A stretch of DNA of 64,000 nt from Rhodobacterales bacterium RIFCSPHIGHO2_02_FULL_62_130 (GCA_001828855.1 MHZT01000043.1:753-64752); one strand, 5' to 3'; shown: positions 29,142-38,876, numbered from the stretch's first letter. The notes: generated by a model not told the origin, from the sequence alone. Translations and numbers: made by a program.

Positions 29142-29154
29142 TTAGGAATCCTAA
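29142..29154. promoter_or_regulatory. Palindrome TTAGGA-A-TCCTAA 25 nt upstream of the MarR start (candidate operator)
   Basis: A perfect 6-1-6 inverted repeat lies in an AT-richer patch (gattaggaatcctaactaaat). Confidence 0.4.
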
Positions 29155-29476
29155 CTAAATATGGGGCCTCGGTCAATGACCGCGCGGTCAGGAAGGCCGC
29201 TGCCAGTATCCGCCGCAGACCCGGACACTGCTGTCGATGTCCACGATCAAGCCGTTTCGCGGCTTCTTTATCGACACCACCCGGTGATGCCCGGGTTCCG
29301 GCAAACCGGCGGGACAGATTGTTCAAGTCCGGCTTTCGCAACTTGCTGCGAGCGCAATGCTGCGGGGTCACAGTCTCCTTCCCGCCCGGTGCCCCCACTC
29401 CTGGCCTGAAACGTGGTATCCTGTGGTGGTCGGCATGACCGAAGAAGGGTGGGCCGGGTGGACAGGAGGTATACTC

Positions 29477-30109
29477 ATGCCCGCCGAATTTCTCCCCGTC
29501 CTTCGGCCTGTCCGCGTCCCTTGGAACAAGGGCCGCATTATCGGTCAGAAGCGCCCGCTCCTGCCGCGGCATGTCTGGTCCATCCGGGTCCGCTTGGAGA
29601 TGGCAGGCAACCCGCGCGACCTTGCGCTGTTCAACATGGCCGTCGACAGCAAGCTTCGTGGATGCGACCTCGTCGCCCTCCGGGTCCGGGATGTGTTCGC
29701 CGCCGGGCGGGTCAAGGAGCGCGCCTCGATGATCCAGAGCAAGACGGGCAAGCCGGTCCGCTTCGAGATCACCGAAACGACACGGCTATCCCTCGAGCGA
29801 TGGATCCAGGACCCGGAGATGACCGGCCTCGAATTCCTGTGGCCTAGCCGGATCCATGGCAGCCCGCATCTGTCCACGCGTCAGTATGCGCGGATCGTCC
29901 GGGGCTGGGTGAAGTCGCTGGGCCTCGAACCAAGCGCCTACGGCACCCATTCCATGCGACGGACTAAGGTCGCACAGATCTACAAGAAGACCGGCAACTT
30001 GCGCGCGGTCCAACTGCTACTGGGGCACACGAAGATGGACAGCACCGTGCGTTACCTCGGCGTCGACATCGAGGATGCCCTGACGCTGTCAGAGGGCATC
30101 GATCTGTGA
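29477..30109 (+). CDS. Tyrosine-type site-specific recombinase/integrase (short form)
   Basis: The catalytic-domain pattern ...GTHSMRRTKVAQIYKKTGNLRAVQLLLGHTKMDSTVRYLG contains R, HxxR and Y. ATG 29477 is preceded by GGAGG. Confidence 0.85.
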   Translation: MPAEFLPVLRPVRVPWNKGRIIGQKRPLLPRHVWSIRVRLEMAGNPRDLALFNMAVDSKLRGCDLVALRVRDVFAAGRVKERASMIQSKTGKPVRFEITETTRLSLERWIQDPEMTGLEFLWPSRIHGSPHLSTRQYARIVRGWVKSLGLEPSAYGTHSMRRTKVAQIYKKTGNLRAVQLLLGHTKMDSTVRYLGVDIEDALTLSEGIDL

Positions 30110-30164
30110 GGCAGACGCGGCCAGCGCAAGCTGGCCGCGCTTGTCGCCCAAAGCGACATTGATC

Positions 30165-30197
30165 TTGACACACCCAGGATTAGTAGCTTAAAGCTAC
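30165..30197 (+). promoter_or_regulatory. Candidate TA promoter/operator: TTGACA (30165-30170) plus palindrome GTAGCTT-A-AAGCTAC (30183-30197)
   Basis: A perfect 7-1-7 palindrome ends 3 nt before the toxin ATG. A consensus -35 hexamer lies 12 nt upstream of the palindrome. Confidence 0.4.
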
Positions 30198-30200
30198 ATC

Positions 30201-30452
30201 ATGAAGCAGATCAGCTACACGAGGGCCGCGATCCGGGCGTTGCGCCGGATGCCCGCCAACACGGCCAGGCTGATCCAGTCCAAGATCGAGGCCTATGCGA
30301 CGGACCCGGCCTCACAGGGAAACAACGTGAAGTCCCTCAAGGGGCGAGAGGGGATCCGGCTGCGGGTCGGGGATTGGCGCGTGATCATGGATGACCAGGG
30401 CAATGTCTTGGCGGTTCTCGATATCGGCCCACGCGGCGACGTCTATGACTGA
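30201..30452 (+). CDS. RelE/ParE-superfamily toxin (HigB-like gene order)
   Basis: The length is 83 aa. The C-terminus ...LKGREGIRLRVGDWRVIMDDQGNVLAVLDIGPRGDVY is typical of RelE/ParE proteins. Confidence 0.8.
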   Translation: MKQISYTRAAIRALRRMPANTARLIQSKIEAYATDPASQGNNVKSLKGREGIRLRVGDWRVIMDDQGNVLAVLDIGPRGDVYD

Positions 30453-30463
30453 AAGGGAATGAC

Positions 30464-30808
30464 ATGAACGAGATGGTGACCATCCCGCGCGAGGAATACG
30501 ATCGCCTTCGGGCCGCAGCCGAGGATCTGGCCGATCTCCAGAGCTATGATCGGGCAAAGGCCGCCCTGGCGGCAGGGGCGGAGGAACTGATCCCCGGCGA
30601 TTACGCGAACCGGTTGCTCGATGGGGAAAGCCCGCTGCGCGTCTACCGGAACCTGCGTGGCTTGACCCAGGCCGCCTTGGCCGAGAAGGCCGGGGTCAAC
30701 CGCGTGACCGTGGCCGAGATCGAGACCGGACGCAAACAGGGCTCGATCGCAACCTTGCGCGCCATGGCGGGCGTCCTCGACGTCACGCTGGACGATCTGA
30801 CGGAGTAG
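30464..30808 (+). CDS. XRE-family HTH antitoxin
   Basis: The length is 114 aa with a C-terminal HTH (LRGLTQAALAEKAGVNRVTVAEIETGRK). It starts 11 nt after the toxin stop. Confidence 0.8.
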   Translation: MNEMVTIPREEYDRLRAAAEDLADLQSYDRAKAALAAGAEELIPGDYANRLLDGESPLRVYRNLRGLTQAALAEKAGVNRVTVAEIETGRKQGSIATLRAMAGVLDVTLDDLTE

Positions 30809-30955
30809 TCGCGGCGGAAAGCGGTCGTTCGCACCTGGAATACCTGTGCGTTCAAAAGCACCTTCGCCCAGCGATGGTGGATCCAACGCGCTGCTGGTCC
30901 GACCCTCTGAAAGTCTGACGAGCACCAGAGCAGGCTCAACGACATCGGCGGTGGG

Positions 30956-31786
30956 CTATGGAATGTCTGCGAGCGGATAGCCCCAAGCGCCTTCCCATCC
31001 GCAGGCTCTCGCTGCGCAGAAGGCCGCATATTGGAGAACCTCTTCTGGAGTATTACCGCGCAATCTTGCCACAAGGTAGCCCGCGATGAAGGCATCGCCA
31101 GCGCCCATGGTATCGACCACCGTGGCGGGCACAATTGGTTGTTCGATGCGGGTCTGACCCTTGGCCCAGACAGCCCCCTTGTCGCCGCGCGTCACGCAGA
31201 CGGTGTCCGGTCCAAGGTCGAGGACCCGCGCGATCAGCTCTGACACTGCCGCGTCGGCCAGCCCTGCTCCTGACAGGAAAGCTGTCGAGACATGCGGACA
31301 AACCTGCGCCAGATAGGCCGGGTCGTGCAGAGTGGAGAAATCGAACGACACCTCGTGCGCGGCGGCACGGATGCGAGGTAGTTCCGGTTCGAGATAGCTG
31401 AAGCAGCTGGAATGGACATGGCCCATGGTGGCGATCAGCGCCAGGTCGTCCTCGTCCATCCTGAGCATCACCTTGCGCCGGATTCCGCCCCGGTTCGATG
31501 AAACGAAAACCCGGTCGCCATCGGCGTCATGCGTGACTTGCGCCTTGCCATTCGGTCCTTCTACCCGGCGCAGATGGGCGGTCGAGAGGCCTTCGGCAGC
31601 CATGCAGGCGCGGACGTGATCGCCTTCACGGTCATTGCCGACGATGCCCATATAGGCCACATCGGCCAACCCGAAGCGGCGGGCCAGAACGGCCACGTTC
31701 AGCGCGTTGCCGCCGGGGAAGAACTCACCTCGGTCAAGGTAGAGGTCGACGACGTTGTCGCCGATGCAGAGAAGTCCGTCGGTCAT
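30956..31786 (-). CDS. PfkB-family sugar kinase, fructoselysine/fructosamine 6-kinase-like
   Basis: ATG 31786 gives MTDGLLCIGDNVVDLY...GGNALNVAV...DTMGAGDAFIAGYL (PfkB signature). The length is 276 aa. The track's long 5' extension was discarded. Confidence 0.75.
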   Translation of the reverse strand: MTDGLLCIGDNVVDLYLDRGEFFPGGNALNVAVLARRFGLADVAYMGIVGNDREGDHVRACMAAEGLSTAHLRRVEGPNGKAQVTHDADGDRVFVSSNRGGIRRKVMLRMDEDDLALIATMGHVHSSCFSYLEPELPRIRAAAHEVSFDFSTLHDPAYLAQVCPHVSTAFLSGAGLADAAVSELIARVLDLGPDTVCVTRGDKGAVWAKGQTRIEQPIVPATVVDTMGAGDAFIAGYLVARLRGNTPEEVLQYAAFCAARACGWEGAWGYPLADIP

Positions 31787-31836
31787 GCTCGCTCCGTCCT
31801 TGAGGGGGCAGGACTGGCCTGCCCCCGGAACTCTCG

Positions 31837-32826
31837 TCAATAATCCATCTTCCACATGTAGCGCCGCACTGTGAGCGGATGGCCGCGGCTGTCGGCCAGC
31901 TTGTCGCAATAGACGCGCAGGAGCGTGCCGAAGGCCATGTGTTCGACATGCTCCACCACTTCGGGATCGATCACGCCCAGACCCAGTTCCTCGGCGCAGA
32001 GCGTGGTCACGCGCTGGCTGTACTTTGTCACGAAATCCAGCCCCCGGTCGTCCATCTTGCGGCTGGCACCCAGGCCGCGCAGCACGATGAAGGGCACGTC
32101 GAAATCGGTGATCTCGAAGGGTCCGTGGAAGTATTCGCCCGCGTGGATGCCGGCGGAATGGATCCACTGCATCTCCTGGAAGATGCAGATCGCGTACGAG
32201 TAGGCCGTGGCATAGTTGGCCCCGGCACCCATCGTGTAGATCACCGGCTCGCGTTTCATGGCTTCGGCGAAGGTGGCGATGCGGTCTGTGTGGGCGGCGA
32301 TGGCGGTGTCGATCAGGGCCGGAAGGGCGGTCAGTGCCTTTTCCACCTTTTGCGCCAGTGGGTTCGCTTCGCGCACGCCCATGATGCCGAAGGTCAGTCG
32401 GGCCATGACGGCGGGGGAATGGTCGGGCGCAAAGGTCTTGGGCGCGTGGGTGTAATAGACTGGGAACTCGACCGCTTCATCCAGCGGGCTGCCGGGCAGA
32501 TTGGTCAGCGCGATGGTTAGCGCGCCCTTGGCACGGGCGAAGCGCGCCGCCTCGACCGTTTCCGGCGTGGTGCCGGAGTGCGAACACAGGATCACAGCCG
32601 AGGTTGGCCCCAGCCGTGCCGGGTTGCGGGCCATGAACTCGGCGGCGTTCAACGCGTGGCCGGCGATGGTTTTTGCGTGACGGTCGACCGCATACTGATT
32701 CGGCAGCATAAGCGCATAAGATCCGCCACAGGCGACGAAGTAGATTTCGGTCAACTCGGGCCGTGCCTTTGCGGCGGCCAATGCGGCGGCGATCTGCGCC
32801 TCGGTCGGGAAGGGTTTGTCGGTCAT
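31837..32826 (-). CDS. SIS-domain protein, fructosamine-6-phosphate deglycase-like (FrlB-like)
   Basis: The length is 329 aa. Motifs YFVACGGSYA and VILCSHSGTTPET indicate tandem SIS domains. Confidence 0.7.
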   Translation of the reverse strand: MTDKPFPTEAQIAAALAAAKARPELTEIYFVACGGSYALMLPNQYAVDRHAKTIAGHALNAAEFMARNPARLGPTSAVILCSHSGTTPETVEAARFARAKGALTIALTNLPGSPLDEAVEFPVYYTHAPKTFAPDHSPAVMARLTFGIMGVREANPLAQKVEKALTALPALIDTAIAAHTDRIATFAEAMKREPVIYTMGAGANYATAYSYAICIFQEMQWIHSAGIHAGEYFHGPFEITDFDVPFIVLRGLGASRKMDDRGLDFVTKYSQRVTTLCAEELGLGVIDPEVVEHVEHMAFGTLLRVYCDKLADSRGHPLTVRRYMWKMDY

Positions 32827-32905
32827 CTGGTCCTCTCATCAGGCAAGGTTGGGCCGGTCCCGGAAACGGCGTTCCGGGGGCGGCAGGTCGGCAATGGGTC
32901 GGGCG

Positions 32906-33712
32906 CTACTGGGGAAAGCCCCCCGGATGGCCGCAGCATGCGGCAGCGCAGGTGTGGCCCGCTGCCATGGCCATGGGCACGTCGGCCCCGTTCAGACGCG
33001 CGGCGAGAAAACCCGCGATATAGGCATCGCCCGCGCCGGTGGTATCTACCGGGCTGATCCGTGGCGCCTCGGCGCGCCAGGTCTGGCCGCCGATCAGGGC
33101 AAGGCTGCCCCGCGCGCCCAGGGTCACGACGGCACCCTTCGCGCCCTGCGCCACCAGGTCGGCCGCGCGGGATTCAGCCCGGTCGGCCTGATCTTCGGGC
33201 AGCGAGGCGAAGGCGATGGCCAGCCCCTCGACCCCCAGATCCTCCGGGGCGGCATTCACCGAGACATCCTGCGACAGGCTGACCCCGTCGCGCGCCAGAA
33301 CCCGGCGCGCATGGCCGCCGTCCTGCAGCCAGCCGATATGGACATGGCGGGCCGCCTTGAGCGTACGCAGACGCGCGGCATCGGGCACCCAGCCCGCGCA
33401 AGCCCCGAAATCCTCGGTCAGGATGGTGCGGTTTCCGTCGGGGGCAACGTTCAGACGCGTGACCGACGTTGCCGACCCCCGTCTATCGGCGAGAGAGACA
33501 TCCACACCCTTTGCAGCCACTGCGGACAGCACCCGGTCGCCGTCGGCTTCTCCTGTCGGGCCGACCGAGCCGCAATAGGCCGTGCGAAGGCCCAGCATCG
33601 CCGCCTGCACCGCGACGTTCACCGCGTTGCCCCCGACGAGGTCGGCCGTCACCGCGCCGGTCAGCCGGTCGATGCAGTTGTCACCAAGGGCTATCAGGTC
33701 GAACGCGGTCAT
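32906..33712 (-). CDS. PfkB-family sugar kinase (second copy)
   Basis: Supporting sequence: MTAFDLIALGDNCIDRL...GGNAVNVAV...DTTGAGDAYIAGFL. Its start overlaps the oxidoreductase stop (ATGA). Confidence 0.75.
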   Translation of the reverse strand: MTAFDLIALGDNCIDRLTGAVTADLVGGNAVNVAVQAAMLGLRTAYCGSVGPTGEADGDRVLSAVAAKGVDVSLADRRGSATSVTRLNVAPDGNRTILTEDFGACAGWVPDAARLRTLKAARHVHIGWLQDGGHARRVLARDGVSLSQDVSVNAAPEDLGVEGLAIAFASLPEDQADRAESRAADLVAQGAKGAVVTLGARGSLALIGGQTWRAEAPRISPVDTTGAGDAYIAGFLAARLNGADVPMAMAAGHTCAAACCGHPGGFPQ

Positions 33713-35010
33713 CCGATCGTCGCCCCACGCGATGCCATGTTGTCTTTCAAATCATGCCAGGCAAGGACCGGGCGGCGATACCAGGTCTGACCGTGGAAGA
33801 AGGGGCGCGTTTCCAGTTCCAGCCCGTCAAGGGCCGTCTCGCCGCCCTTGCCCAGCATCTTCTGCGCCAGCTTCATCCCGAGGTAGGACGACATGGCAAC
33901 GCCGGTGCCGTTGTAGCCGATGGCATAGCCCATGCGCCCGTGCATCCCGACATGCGGCAGGTGGCTGAAGGTCGCACCGACCCAGCCGGTCCAGACATGG
34001 GCGATCTTCACGCCCTCCAGCTGCGGGAAAAGCCGCAGGATGTTGCGGCGCACGCGCGGCAGGCAGGCCGCGACGTTGTTCACGTCCACCGGAACCACCG
34101 TTCCGATCATCACCCGGTCGCCATCGGGCGAGGGCCGGTGATAGGTCACGTTCATCCGCGTGTCATAGACCATCGAGGCCCGGGGGTAGAGCGCACGCAC
34201 CGCCGCCGGGTCCATCGCTTCGGTCGCTGTCACCACCGAGGCCAGCGAGACCACCCGCCGCCGCATCCAGCGCGAGGCGCCGTCGGTGTAGCCGTCGGTC
34301 GCCATCACCAGATGCGCTGCGCGCACTGCTCGGTCTCCGGCCAGGCAGGTGATGTGATCGACATGATCCTCGATCTTCGAGACTCGGGTATGCGGTACGA
34401 AGCGCACGCCAGCCGCAAGGCAAAGCCGAACCAGTTCGGCGACCAGACGGCCGGGATGCAGGCTGGCCCAGTCGGGCAGATGCACGCCGCCATGAAACTG
34501 TGGCGAGGCGACGAAGTCGCTGACGCGGGCCTTCGGGATCTCCTCGCCCTCGACCCCAAGGCGGGCGTTCTGGCGCAGGAAGTGGCGCAGCCCCTCCATC
34601 CGGTCAGGCCGGTGCGCGCCGATGAAATGGCCGCAGACGCTGTAGTTGCAGGCGATACCTTCCTCCGCCACGAAGGACCGCAGGTGACGATGCGCTTCGA
34701 TCCCTGTCGACAGGATGCGGCGGGCTCGATCCTCACCGTATTTCTTGATGAAGTCGTCGAGGTCTGGCTTCATTTCCGAGGAAACCTGCCCGCCGTTCCG
34801 GGTGGAGCAGCCCCACCCGATCTCGCGAGCGTCGCAGATCACGACCTGTCGCCCACCGCGCGCCAGATGCAGCGCGGTGTGCAGGCCGGTGAAGCCCGAG
34901 CCTACCACCAGCACATCCTCGCGCGGCTCTACCTGCGCAGGCGGCACCGGTGGCAAGGCCATTTCGGCCCGCCAGAGGGGGGTGTCGCTGTGTCCTTGGA
35001 AGGCATCCAT
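33709..35010 (-). CDS. FAD-dependent oxidoreductase (DAO/amadoriase/opine-oxidase-like)
   Basis: It has the dinucleotide-binding motif DVLVVGSGFTGLHTALHLARGG. The length is 433 aa from ATG 35010, which lies directly after the upstream stop. Confidence 0.75.
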   Translation of the reverse strand: MDAFQGHSDTPLWRAEMALPPVPPAQVEPREDVLVVGSGFTGLHTALHLARGGRQVVICDAREIGWGCSTRNGGQVSSEMKPDLDDFIKKYGEDRARRILSTGIEAHRHLRSFVAEEGIACNYSVCGHFIGAHRPDRMEGLRHFLRQNARLGVEGEEIPKARVSDFVASPQFHGGVHLPDWASLHPGRLVAELVRLCLAAGVRFVPHTRVSKIEDHVDHITCLAGDRAVRAAHLVMATDGYTDGASRWMRRRVVSLASVVTATEAMDPAAVRALYPRASMVYDTRMNVTYHRPSPDGDRVMIGTVVPVDVNNVAACLPRVRRNILRLFPQLEGVKIAHVWTGWVGATFSHLPHVGMHGRMGYAIGYNGTGVAMSSYLGMKLAQKMLGKGGETALDGLELETRPFFHGQTWYRRPVLAWHDLKDNMASRGATIG

Positions 35011-35011
35011 C

Positions 35012-36031
35012 TCAGTAGGCCACGCGCTTGTAGTAACGGCGCGTGACCAGCGGATGGTCGCGCATGACCTCAAGATGCGCCGAAAGCCGCTCCAGCACGG
35101 TTGCGAGAAGCGCCGGGGCCAGCAGCGCCCGCAGGTCCGGCGAAAGGCCGGTGGTCGCAAGATCGCGGGTATCCAGCACCGTCAGCTTGTCGGTATAGCC
35201 CTTGGCAAAGGCGATCACGCGGTCGGTCAACGGGCGGGTTTCATCCTCGCCCGCGAAGACCACGACCGAGACGCCTTTCTCCACCAGCTCCAGCGTGCCG
35301 TGGAAGAAGTCCGAGGCATGGACCGGCCGGGTGCGGATCCACTGCATCTCTTCCAGGATGCACATGCCGTAGTAATAGGCCTCGGGCCAGGCGGCGCCCG
35401 ATCCGGTGATGATGTGCCAGCCATCAGCCGCAATCGCCCGCGCCAGCGCATCGGCGCGCGACTCGAACGCCTGTTTCACTGCAAGAAGCTGCTGGGGAAG
35501 TCCGGCCAGTTCAGCGATGATCCGGTCATAGTCCGACCGCTCGCCCCGTGCCTGCATTGCGGCCAGGGCCGCGACCAGCGACGTGACGTAGAACATCTCG
35601 CACGAGGTATCATCCTCGGCAAAGTTGACGAAACTGTGGTCGGCCCCCTTGGCCAGCGGCGTCTCGGCGTGGCCGGTGATCGAGATCACGGTGGCCCCGC
35701 GTGCCTTCACATAGTCCATCGCCGCGATGCTTTCCTTCGTGGTGCCCGACAGCGACGGCATGACGACCACCGACTTCGGCCCCAGCGCCACATGACCGGT
35801 CAGCACAATCTCGGCGCAAAGGACGTTGTGGCAGGGGAGCTTTGAGGCCCGGCGCATCAGGTCGGCCGCGGGCTGCATCAGGATGCCCGCCCCACCCGAG
35901 CCCATGAAGAACAGGCTGTCGGCCCCTTCAGCCACCAGCCGTCCGACCAGTGCGCCAAGGTCGCGGGCAATGGTCACGGTTCCGGTCTGGATGCGCAGGA
36001 AGCGGGCGGGATCGAAGTTCAGCATGGTCAT
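35012..36031 (-). CDS. SIS-domain protein (second FrlB/GlmS-isomerase-like copy)
   Basis: The length is 339 aa. Motifs FFMGSGGAG and VVMPSLSGTTKES indicate SIS domains. Confidence 0.7.
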   Translation of the reverse strand: MTMLNFDPARFLRIQTGTVTIARDLGALVGRLVAEGADSLFFMGSGGAGILMQPAADLMRRASKLPCHNVLCAEIVLTGHVALGPKSVVVMPSLSGTTKESIAAMDYVKARGATVISITGHAETPLAKGADHSFVNFAEDDTSCEMFYVTSLVAALAAMQARGERSDYDRIIAELAGLPQQLLAVKQAFESRADALARAIAADGWHIITGSGAAWPEAYYYGMCILEEMQWIRTRPVHASDFFHGTLELVEKGVSVVVFAGEDETRPLTDRVIAFAKGYTDKLTVLDTRDLATTGLSPDLRALLAPALLATVLERLSAHLEVMRDHPLVTRRYYKRVAY

Positions 36032-36056
36032 TCCTTTCGAGAACCAGTTGGGCGGA

Positions 36057-37133
36057 TCAGAGCCGAAGGCCGCTGTCGCCAGAGAAGAGGTGTGCGCGGC
36101 CCGGCTGGGGCTGCACTGTCAGACCGCCGTCGGTGGCGAAGTCATGTTCGCCGTCCAGCTGCACGGTCACGGGCTGGCCGTCGGCAAGGCGGGCATAAGC
36201 ATAGGTCACCCCGCCAAGCCGTTCGCTGGCCTGTACCTGCACCGATGCTCCGGGTCCGGCCGCAAGATGCTCGGGCCGGATGCCAAGCGTGACCTCAGCG
36301 CCCACGGCCGGCAGATGATCCACGGTCACGTCGCAAAGCAGACCTGCGGCATCGACGCGGGCGCGGCCGGCCTCGATCGCCACCACGCGGGCTTTCAACA
36401 GGTTCATCTTCGGGCTGCCGATGAAGCCCGCGACGAAGGTGTTGGCCGGGCGGCGGTAGATTTCCAGCGGTGCGCCGATCTGTTCGACCAGCCCGTCACG
36501 GAGGACGACAATCTTGTCGGCCAGCGTCATCGCCTCGATCTGGTCGTGCGTGACGTAGACCATGGTCGCCTGCAATTCGCGGTGCAGCTGTGCCAGTTCG
36601 ATCCGCATCTGCAGCCGCAGGCTGGCGTCAAGGTTCGACAGCGGTTCGTCAAACAGAAAGACCTTGGGGTTGCGCACGATGGCACGGCCGATGGCGACGC
36701 GCTGGCGCTGGCCGCCGGACAGCTCCTTCGGCAGCCGCTTCATCAGGGGGCCAAGTTGCAGGATTTCCGCCGCACGCGCGATCTTGCGGGCGGCCTCGTC
36801 CTTCGGCGTCTTCGCGACCTTCAGCGCGAAGCCCATGTTCTGTTCAACGGTCTTGTGCGGGTAAAGTGCGTAGGACTGGAACACCATCGCGATGCCCCGA
36901 TCGGCTGGGCGCACATCGTTCATCCGCTGGCCGTCGATCACCAGATCTCCCCGGCTGATCGTCTCCAGCCCCGCGATCATCCGCAGAAGCGTGGACTTGC
37001 CGCAGCCCGACGGGCCGACGATCACCACGAACTCCCGTTCGGCGATGTCGATGTCGATGCCGCGCACGGCCTCATAGGTGCCGTAGCGTTTGGCGATACC
37101 CTTGATCTGCATGTAGGACATGGACGAGCTCAT
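36057..37133 (-). CDS. Carbohydrate ABC transporter ATP-binding protein (UgpC/MalK-like)
   Basis: ATG 37133 overlaps the permease stop. Supporting motifs are GPSGCGKSTLLRMIAGLE, LSGGQRQRVAIGRA and FLFDEPLSNLD. Confidence 0.9.
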   Translation of the reverse strand: MSSSMSYMQIKGIAKRYGTYEAVRGIDIDIAEREFVVIVGPSGCGKSTLLRMIAGLETISRGDLVIDGQRMNDVRPADRGIAMVFQSYALYPHKTVEQNMGFALKVAKTPKDEAARKIARAAEILQLGPLMKRLPKELSGGQRQRVAIGRAIVRNPKVFLFDEPLSNLDASLRLQMRIELAQLHRELQATMVYVTHDQIEAMTLADKIVVLRDGLVEQIGAPLEIYRRPANTFVAGFIGSPKMNLLKARVVAIEAGRARVDAAGLLCDVTVDHLPAVGAEVTLGIRPEHLAAGPGASVQVQASERLGGVTYAYARLADGQPVTVQLDGEHDFATDGGLTVQPQPGRAHLFSGDSGLRL

Positions 37134-37972
37134 TTGACGGCGCCGCTGGTCAGACCGCCGACGAACTGGCGCTGCATGACCAGGAAGGTCGCAAGGATGG
37201 GAAGGATCGACAGGGCGAGGCCAGCCATCAGCACGCCCCAATCGGCGCGCAGGGCGACGGCAAAACTCATCACGCCGATGGTCACGGTCTTGACGGAGTC
37301 GCTTTCGACGAAGGTCAGCGCGAAGATAAACTCGTTCCAGACCCGCATCGCCGAGATCAGGCCGGCCGAAGCGAGGATCGGGCGACAAAGCGGCAGGTAG
37401 ACCTCGGCAAAGATGCGCGCCTCGCCCGCGCCGTCCATCAGCGCCGCCTCGCGCAGCTCACCCGGGATGCCGGTCATGTAGGCGCGGATCAGGAATGTGG
37501 TGAAGGGCAGGCCGAAGGCCACGTTGGGCAGGATCAGCGCGAAATAGGTGTTATAAAGCCCGGTCTCGGCCATCACGCGGAAGAGCGGGATCAGACTGAC
37601 CTCGGGCGGCAGGATCGCGCCCCCCAGGATCAGCGTGTAGATCGCGGCCTTGGCCCGGAAGTTCAGGACGACCAGCGCGTAAGCTGCCATCGTGGCCAGC
37701 GCCAACTCGATCACGACAGTGGCCGTCGTGACGATCAGCGAGTTCAGCAGGTAGCGCGAGATGCCGTAATTCCAGGCGGTCGAGAAGTTCTCCCAGTGCC
37801 AGACCTTCGGCAGGCCCCAGGTGGCGGCGAACATGTCGTTGGTGGTTTTGAAGGCGTTCAGGAACAGCCAGACCATTGGATAGACGCAGACCACCGCCAG
37901 TGTCAGGAACACGGCCCAGAGGAGGACGCGGTTCAGCACGGCAAGGACGGGAATGGAACGCGCGGCGGCCAT
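37130..37972 (-). CDS. Carbohydrate ABC transporter permease (MalG-like)
   Basis: The length is 280 aa. It has an EAA-loop region (EAALMDGAGEARIF) and multiple TM segments. Confidence 0.85.
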   Translation of the reverse strand: MAAARSIPVLAVLNRVLLWAVFLTLAVVCVYPMVWLFLNAFKTTNDMFAATWGLPKVWHWENFSTAWNYGISRYLLNSLIVTTATVVIELALATMAAYALVVLNFRAKAAIYTLILGGAILPPEVSLIPLFRVMAETGLYNTYFALILPNVAFGLPFTTFLIRAYMTGIPGELREAALMDGAGEARIFAEVYLPLCRPILASAGLISAMRVWNEFIFALTFVESDSVKTVTIGVMSFAVALRADWGVLMAGLALSILPILATFLVMQRQFVGGLTSGAVK

Positions 37973-37973
37973 G

Positions 37974-38876
37974 TCAGCGGTCCTTCTGCAGCTTGATCTG
38001 CACCAGACCGATGGTCAGCGCGATGAAGAAGATCACCGTGGCGATGGTTGACGAATATCCGATCATGTCGTCGCGGAAGGCGGCACGGTACATCATGGTG
38101 CCCAGCACCTCGGAGGAATGGTTCGGGCCGCCAGCCGTCATCACCCAGACGATGTCGAACACCTTGAGCGAGCCGAGGATGGTGATGATGGTGACGATCA
38201 GGATCGTCTCGCGCACGCCGGGGACGGTAATGTGCCAGAACTGCTGGATGCCCGAGGCGCCGTCGATCTCCATCGCCTCGTAAAGATCGCGCGGCACGGC
38301 GCGGATGGCGACCATGAAAAGGGCCATGATGTAGCCGGTCCACTGCCACTGGCTGACGAAGATCACCGCGAAGATGGCGGTATCCGGCTCGCCCAGCCAG
38401 GCCTTGGACCAGCTGGCCAGCCCGGTCTCCCAAAGGATCTGGTCGATCAGGCCGGTGGTCGGCGTGAGGAGGAGCTGCCAGACCAGACCAACGACGACCA
38501 CGGGAAGAATCGACGGCAGGAACAGCGCGGTCCGGAACAGGTTGGCCGAGAAGTCAGGGAAGATCCGCGCCTCCAGCACGGCGGCCAGCACCAGCGCAAT
38601 GCCGACCTGACAGGAGACCGAGATCACCGCGTAGATCGCATTGTTGGTCAGCGCGGTCATGAATTTTGGATCGTTCCACAGGCGCAGGTAGTTGTCGAAG
38701 CCGACAAAGTCCCAGTCCAGCGACATGGCCGAGAAGGAGAACATGCTGAAGCGGATGTTCGTCAGCGCCGGTCCGTAGACAAAGATCACCAGGAACAGCA
38801 GTGCCGGGGCGACCCAAAGCCAGCCCTGCAGGCTTTGCCGCCACGTCGCTCGGTTATGATCGGACCTGTCGGTCAT
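37974..38876 (-). CDS. Carbohydrate ABC transporter permease (MalF-like)
   Basis: The length is 300 aa. It has an EAA-loop region (YEAMEIDGASGIQQF) and multiple TM segments. Confidence 0.85.
   Translation of the reverse strand: MTDRSDHNRATWRQSLQGWLWVAPALLFLVIFVYGPALTNIRFSMFSFSAMSLDWDFVGFDNYLRLWNDPKFMTALTNNAIYAVISVSCQVGIALVLAAVLEARIFPDFSANLFRTALFLPSILPVVVVGLVWQLLLTPTTGLIDQILWETGLASWSKAWLGEPDTAIFAVIFVSQWQWTGYIMALFMVAIRAVPRDLYEAMEIDGASGIQQFWHITVPGVRETILIVTIITILGSLKVFDIVWVMTAGGPNHSSEVLGTMMYRAAFRDDMIGYSSTIATVIFFIALTIGLVQIKLQKDR

Noticed and set aside
29118-29476. I looked for a tRNA or tmRNA gene as the integration target at the island's left junction.
   Set aside because: I could find no cloverleaf-compatible sequence and no T-loop motif (GGTTCGAATCC-like) by eye here or elsewhere in the window. 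A tRNAscan run would be decisive.
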